Positions 54,064 through 58,209 of a stretch of DNA of 58,209 bases are shown piece after piece. Source of the DNA: a virus (Duplodnaviria > Caudoviricetes); IMG/VR virus record IMGVR_UViG_3300046739_000338, positions 1 to 58,209 of that record. One strand, written 5' to 3'. The position numbers were made by a program, and so were the translations under genes. Positions within the stretch are counted from its first letter, which is position 1. The number at the start of each line of letters is the position of its first letter. Under the pieces are notes generated by a model. It ran no database searches and was not told the DNA's origin. It saw only the letters and a list, made by a program, of their open reading frames with translations.

Positions 54064-54893
54064 GGCTGCACCGGAGGATCAGGGAGCGCCACAAACGCGC
54101 CGGGGTGTTCCTGCTTGATATGCGCGGCCATATCCTCATACGTGCAGAACGTGGCCCCACAGGGCGAACGATACGGATTGCAATCGCTGTTACATCGGGG
54201 CGCAGGACTGGCGTCCCCCTCGGCTACTGAGCGTTCGGTCATGCAGTCACCACAGACAACTTCCAGCATCGGTTGGTCGCAGAGATCGCAGCGTTGTTCT
54301 GGCTCCTGTCGGTCCCCCTCGGTGTTCGCCCGTGGCGATTGGAGTGCTTGAATCGCCGCGATGATATTGGCGTGCCAGCTGTCATGCTCGCGCGGATAGG
54401 TTCCAAGAACCAGTTCGATGCGGCCCTTGATGTAATCCCAGCCTTCGACTTGTGCGTTCAGGATGGCGATCTCTTTCTTCGCGTCTTCAAGGTCTTGGAA
54501 GACAGTGCCTGAGTGCTCCTGTCGGTCCCCCTCGGTGTCCGCCCGTGGCTTCCATTCCTGACCGTCAATGTCATGTGTCACGCCGGGGATAAGAATGGGG
54601 CGGTCATCGCGGCACTCCACGCAAGTGCAGGGCGTCATGACGCCATCACCGCCAGCGCATTTCGCGGAACAAAAGCCAGCGCCATCAATGGGGAATCCGC
54701 AGGTTGAACAGTTTGGAAACGGCCCATGTTTTGGCTTCTTGTGAACCTGTCGGTCCCCCTCGGTGTCCAGCACGGCCTCAAGTTCGTCCGCGCAAATCAG
54801 GAACCCTGTCGGACGATTGGGACGACTGGAAATCTCTCGCCATTTCGCTTCTAGCGCTCGGAGTCGTCGGGTGCGGGCGTCGTCGGTCGTCAT
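54060..54893 (-). CDS. Mosaic Cys-rich hypothetical protein
   Basis: GGAG RBS, MTTDDARTRRLRAL; three (D/N)TEGDRQ linkers; several CxxC pairs; ends ALPDPPVQP. Confidence 0.75.
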   Translation of the reverse strand: MTTDDARTRRLRALEAKWREISSRPNRPTGFLICADELEAVLDTEGDRQVHKKPKHGPFPNCSTCGFPIDGAGFCSAKCAGGDGVMTPCTCVECRDDRPILIPGVTHDIDGQEWKPRADTEGDRQEHSGTVFQDLEDAKKEIAILNAQVEGWDYIKGRIELVLGTYPREHDSWHANIIAAIQALQSPRANTEGDRQEPEQRCDLCDQPMLEVVCGDCMTERSVAEGDASPAPRCNSDCNPYRSPCGATFCTYEDMAAHIKQEHPGAFVALPDPPVQP

Positions 54894-55164
54894 GGTTGTC
54901 TCCAGTTCACCGGCCCGACCGTGGCGAAGAGTGGGTTGATTGCGCCGTGCGACAGCAGCGTGATGTAGATGTCCTCTCGCCCAGCACACGCAACCGTTCT
55001 TCGTCGGTCAGCGTCCAGCGGGTGATGACTTGACCATCTGGCGTGCGAATCGAGGGCAAGTCGCGGTATTCGGTCTGATGCTCAGCGATGACAACGGCCC
55101 GTGAGCCTTCAGGGACCAGTGAGGGATCGACGCGCGGGTCAGCGATTTCCATTGGTGTTCTCAT
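54890..55164 (-). pseudogene. Apparently frameshifted small phage gene
   Basis: HQTEYRDLPS..RWTLTDEERLRVLGE continues as EDIYITLLSHGAINPLF..WRQP* in the -1 frame from about 54976. Confidence 0.55.
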
Positions 55165-55399
55165 ATCGCTTCGTTGACAAGTTGTAGACCATGCCTCCGG
55201 CCGAATGTCGCTGGAAGCTCTGAAGATCGTGCGAAGCCTGCGGCCGTGAAATGCCGAACTTCCGCATCAGGTGCTCCCGATTGATGAACCCGTAGATGTG
55301 CAGCATGTCGGCAATGAATGCCACGCGCTGATTCTCGAACCATCGACTCATCGTCCTGGCGCTCGGAGTCGTCGGGGTGCGGGCGTCATCAGACGACAT
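55139..55399 (-). CDS. Stand-alone winged-HTH resembling the N-terminal domain of CapW/BrxR-type WYL regulators
   Basis: QRVAFIADMLHIYGFINREHLMRKFGISRPQASHDL..MVYNLSTKRY; start may be 55399 or 55351. Confidence 0.7.
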   Translation of the reverse strand: MSSDDARTPTTPSARTMSRWFENQRVAFIADMLHIYGFINREHLMRKFGISRPQASHDLQSFQRHSAGGMVYNLSTKRYENTNGNR

Positions 55400-55586
55400 A
55401 CACATCATCCGCGCGCGGCCCCTTGGCCCCGGACGCGTCCTCGAATTCGACTTCCTGCCCGACGGTCAGCACTTCAAACCGGACGTTCTTGCAGACCGTC
55501 TTGTGCGCGAAATAGTCCTTTCCATCCTGACCTTTGATGAAGAAAAATCCTTTCTCGAGGTGCAACGACTTCACGGTGCCGGTCAT
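55389..55586 (-). CDS. csp: Cold-shock domain protein
   Basis: GAAGGAG RBS; MTGTVK..KGFFFI..DYFAH..GQEVEF..KGPRADDV. Confidence 0.92.
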   Translation of the reverse strand: MTGTVKSLHLEKGFFFIKGQDGKDYFAHKTVCKNVRFEVLTVGQEVEFEDASGAKGPRADDVYVV

Positions 55587-55799
55587 ACGCGTCTCCTTCT
55601 GCCAACCCATGCGATCAATGCCAAGACGATTAATCCTGCGACGATGCCGATCGCGACGTCGAGGATGGTGGTCATTTAACCTCGTTCAGCAGTTCGAAGT
55701 ATTCAGACGGCTGCTGATGTTTCATGTCGACGTCGACATAGTGTGATATGCGAAACCACATCAGCAAGAATCGAATCAGTGCACGCTCTGTTCGTTCAG

Positions 55800-56099
55800 T
55801 CATGCTTTTTCCTCCCACGCGACGCAGCCGAACGTTGCCGTCGTGCAGAGATCAATATTGTAAAAGTCAGACAGAAATTGGCACTTGATAAAAGGACTCG
55901 GTTCCCGCCCTATCGGAAATGTTGTCCAGTGCTTGCACGTCTCGCACCGCGGCACCAGCATGTAGGTCTCCTCTGGCTTGAACGGCGTCAGCTTCTTGAT
56001 GGCCGCGGTGCACAACTCGGCTTCGTGCTCCGTCAGCGGGCCGCCGCCCGACGTCAGCTCGTCTTCGATCGCTTCGAGCCAGTCGTTGATGATGATCAT
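55800..56099 (-). CDS. Cys-containing hypothetical protein
   Basis: RCETCKHW...TFGCVAWE. Confidence 0.6.
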   Translation of the reverse strand: MIIINDWLEAIEDELTSGGGPLTEHEAELCTAAIKKLTPFKPEETYMLVPRCETCKHWTTFPIGREPSPFIKCQFLSDFYNIDLCTTATFGCVAWEEKA

Positions 56100-56314
56100 C
56101 GCATCCCTTCCTCTTCGCGCAGCATGATCCGCCGCTGATACCAGCGAATCAGCAATGGAATGCCGACCACTGACCGACGATTCGGGAGGCCGCACTGCGT
56201 CAGGCGCGCACCTCGGTGCACCTCCGGACCGACGACGCCGCGCAGATCGGGCGGATCGGGCTGGCGCATCAGATGCACGAAGCGGTTCATCAGCGACGGG
56301 GAATCAATTCGCAT
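56096..56314 (-). CDS. Hypothetical protein
   Basis: GGAGG RBS; ATGA overlap. Confidence 0.5.
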   Translation of the reverse strand: MRIDSPSLMNRFVHLMRQPDPPDLRGVVGPEVHRGARLTQCGLPNRRSVVGIPLLIRWYQRRIMLREEEGMR

Positions 56315-56427
56315 GCGCCACCTCCGTTACCATGAGATCCGCCAGACCCAGAGCGCCGCGAATGCCGCGATGAGCAAGATATTCCGCGCCGCAATCCACC
56401 AATCCCGGTTGGTCATGGCGTCCAACC

Positions 56428-56835
56428 TCAATCCAACTCGCATACCGCGTTGTTGCCACTCAACTGAGGATGCGTCCCGGCCGGGCACTGCCCGCCGGCC
56501 ACGTCGTCGAGCACGAAGCTGTCGTAGCACGTCCAGCGGCAGGTGGACTTCAGCACGAACCACTCGTGCGTCCAGGGGCGGTAGACGGCGGGATCGTCGA
56601 TGCCGTCACCGTCGTAGTCAGCAGCCGGCAGCACGACGTCTCCGTTGAAGCCCCAGTAGAACTCGATGACGATCGGGTTGTTCGCCGCATCGTGGGAGCG
56701 GATGTGCCACTTGAGGTAGTTGTCGACGACGGTGACGGTCGCGGCGCTGGCGTATTTCGAAAGGTACTTGCCAGGGACGAAGCGCTGGGCGCCGAGCGTG
56801 GCGCTGAGGACGACGATGATTAAGGCGGTTTTCAT
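56428..56835 (-). CDS. Secreted protein with an FG-GAP/VCBS-like repeat
   Basis: Signal peptide; LPAADYDGDGIDDPAVYRPWTHEWFV. Confidence 0.75.
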   Translation of the reverse strand: MKTALIIVVLSATLGAQRFVPGKYLSKYASAATVTVVDNYLKWHIRSHDAANNPIVIEFYWGFNGDVVLPAADYDGDGIDDPAVYRPWTHEWFVLKSTCRWTCYDSFVLDDVAGGQCPAGTHPQLSGNNAVCELD

Positions 56836-57233
56836 ACAGGCGTCCGTTTCTCATCTATATCGGTTGTTGTCGAAGTGGTAATCTGGCGAATGGTTCTAAC
56901 CGTTCGACTTTCACCACCACGAACCCAATCCAGCCATTCGACAAACTCAGTAACGGATTGATTTCTTTTCGCGTAGTTACAGGTCGGACAAGATATGGCG
57001 TAATTAAAAAACTCGTCGCTGCCCCCAAGCGACCGCGCTTCTATGTGGTCGACATGGGAAGTATGCAGACTTATCTTGATTCCGCAATACCAGCAGAACC
57101 AACCGTGAATATCCGCAAGCCGACGCAAGACCACCTGTCTTTCACGTTGTTGGCGTCCCCGCTTTGTGCCTGAGTGGCTGGTGCGATGCGGAACCCGCTG
57201 AGCTATTGGAACTATCCGGGGACAACTACTCAT
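56832..57233 (-). CDS. HNH endonuclease
   Basis: CWYCG..HVDHIEARSLGGSD..NYAISCPTCNYAK; AT-richer. Confidence 0.9.
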   Translation of the reverse strand: MSSCPRIVPIAQRVPHRTSHSGTKRGRQQRERQVVLRRLADIHGWFCWYCGIKISLHTSHVDHIEARSLGGSDEFFNYAISCPTCNYAKRNQSVTEFVEWLDWVRGGESRTVRTIRQITTSTTTDIDEKRTPV

Positions 57234-57342
57234 AAGAAATCCCTAAACCACGCCCGCAGGCATGGTAAGCAGAACCACGTCACGTCATCTGGCCCCTTCG
57301 TCCGCATGACGTCCAGGCGCTGGCAGATGGCGCAGGCAAACG

Positions 57343-57753
57343 TCACCACTTGATCTGCTCCTCATCGACCATCGGCTCGGCTGTCTTCGGCTGATAGCCA
57401 CTGCGGATTCGCGCCGCCCAGGCACGAGCGCGCGCCGCATCCAGCTCGTTGTAATGCTTCTTCGTTGGGTCCGCTTCCTTGCCGGCGAAGTAATCCAGCC
57501 GTGCCGCGACCAGATCCAAGTAGTCCGGTGGGCACTCGCTCATGTGGCGCCCTGTCATGTCCGGCCCGGTCCAGTCCTTCGGACTCTTGGCCTTGATGAG
57601 CGGGTCGCCATACTTGCTGTCAAGGTCGACGTGCAGCGCCACGTCATCGGTCGGTTTCGGCGTGGCGGCGCGCTTCGACTTCGACAGTGCCAACAGGGCT
57701 TTCAGCGTGGCATCGATGCTTTTGAGTAGGGCAATGTCGATGGAATCAGACAT
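57343..57753 (-). CDS. Hypothetical protein coupled to the recombinase, with an acidic-aromatic C-terminal tail
   Basis: TAATG overlap with the recombinase stop; ends DEEQIKW, reminiscent of an SSB C-tail. Confidence 0.65.
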   Translation of the reverse strand: MSDSIDIALLKSIDATLKALLALSKSKRAATPKPTDDVALHVDLDSKYGDPLIKAKSPKDWTGPDMTGRHMSECPPDYLDLVAARLDYFAGKEADPTKKHYNELDAARARAWAARIRSGYQPKTAEPMVDEEQIKW

Positions 57754-58209
57754 TAGAACTCCTCTGGCGAATACAACCCAGCGACCACATCCGGATAGAC
57801 CAACCGCGCCAGCTTCGAGGATGCTCGCGCGACCAACATGTCCGATGGATTCTTCGTCCAGCTGCCGCCATTCTTCACGAGGCCAGCCGCTTGCGCTTCT
57901 TCAATCGTGTACCGCAGTTCCATCGGTTCTTCGCCTTCGCGCGTCGTCGTGAACGTCGCCGCCGACGCCGTGCGCTCGGTGCACCGGAACGTCTTCGCCT
58001 TGCCAGATTTCAGCACCAAGGCTCGGAGGGCATCCGCCGCCATCGTGGGTTTGCCTTCGACCACGTGAAACGCGCGCAGGCTCGCCATCGCCGAGAGGCC
58101 CAATTCACGGCCAGACAAGACCGTCGACAACACGGCTTCAGGCGTGCCGTAGGCGCTGAACAGGCGCGCCTTGAACAGCAACTGCGCCAACTGCACGGCC
58201 TGGTTCATG
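57753..58209 (-). CDS. RecT/Red-beta-like annealase domain (C-terminal part of the fusion starting at 1140)
   Basis: GRELGLSAMASL..HVVEGKP..WTKNPSDMLVARA..LARLVYPDVVAGLYSPEE. Confidence 0.85.
   Translation of the reverse strand, partial: MNQAVQLAQLLFKARLFSAYGTPEAVLSTVLSGRELGLSAMASLRAFHVVEGKPTMAADALRALVLKSGKAKTFRCTERTASAATFTTTREGEEPMELRYTIEEAQAAGLVKNGGSWTKNPSDMLVARASSKLARLVYPDVVAGLYSPEEF
58083..58209. repeat. Terminal direct repeat (assembly overlap), copy 2
   Basis: Identical to 1-127. Confidence 0.97.

Larger units (their letters stand above)
53049..54776 (-). repeat. Seven dispersed copies of a 25-35 bp in-frame repeat encoding DTEGDRQ(EP)
   Basis: (ggctc)ctgtcggtccccctcggtgtcc on + at about 53049, 53241, 53606, 53858, 54301, 54515, 54746. 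Confidence 0.95.

Noticed and set aside
53049-54776. DTEGDRQ repeats as a CRISPR array
   Set aside because: Spacing is about 190-440 bp and irregular, and the copies lie in frame within coding genes.

Overview
The window is an apparently complete, circular, GC-rich tailed phage genome of about 58,082 bp; bases 1-127 are identical to 58083-58209, an assembly overlap. The tail tube, frameshifted chaperone and tape measure indicate a long non-contractile tail. The + strand (about 4.2-52.1 kb) carries two DNA methyltransferases, a Vsr-like nuclease, a VapE-type ATPase, terminase, an 11-kb block of lectin/GH16/repeat genes, portal and head genes with an encapsulin-like capsid, a glycosyltransferase/sugar-methyltransferase cluster, tail genes and lipoproteins. 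The - strand (about 52.1 kb across the origin to 4.2 kb) carries early and accessory genes. The standout locus is 1771-4000 (-): a Cas7/RAMP-like gene flanked by two non-coding arrays of GGY-NN pentamers. The arrays form about 13-14 units with conserved triplets and variable dinucleotides, and the upstream array starts at a predicted sigma70 start site. This is a candidate RNA-guided system with a non-contiguous guide code and no CRISPR array, Cas1 or Cas2. Also notable: a 5'-3' exonuclease fused to a RecT-like annealase across the origin; accessory genes built from in-frame repeated DNA linkers (DTEGDRQ x7); a stand-alone CapW/BrxR-like wHTH; and probable virion glycosylation. I saw no integrase, DNA polymerase, primase, canonical endolysin or tRNA. 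All family calls come from motif recognition by eye; no database search was run.
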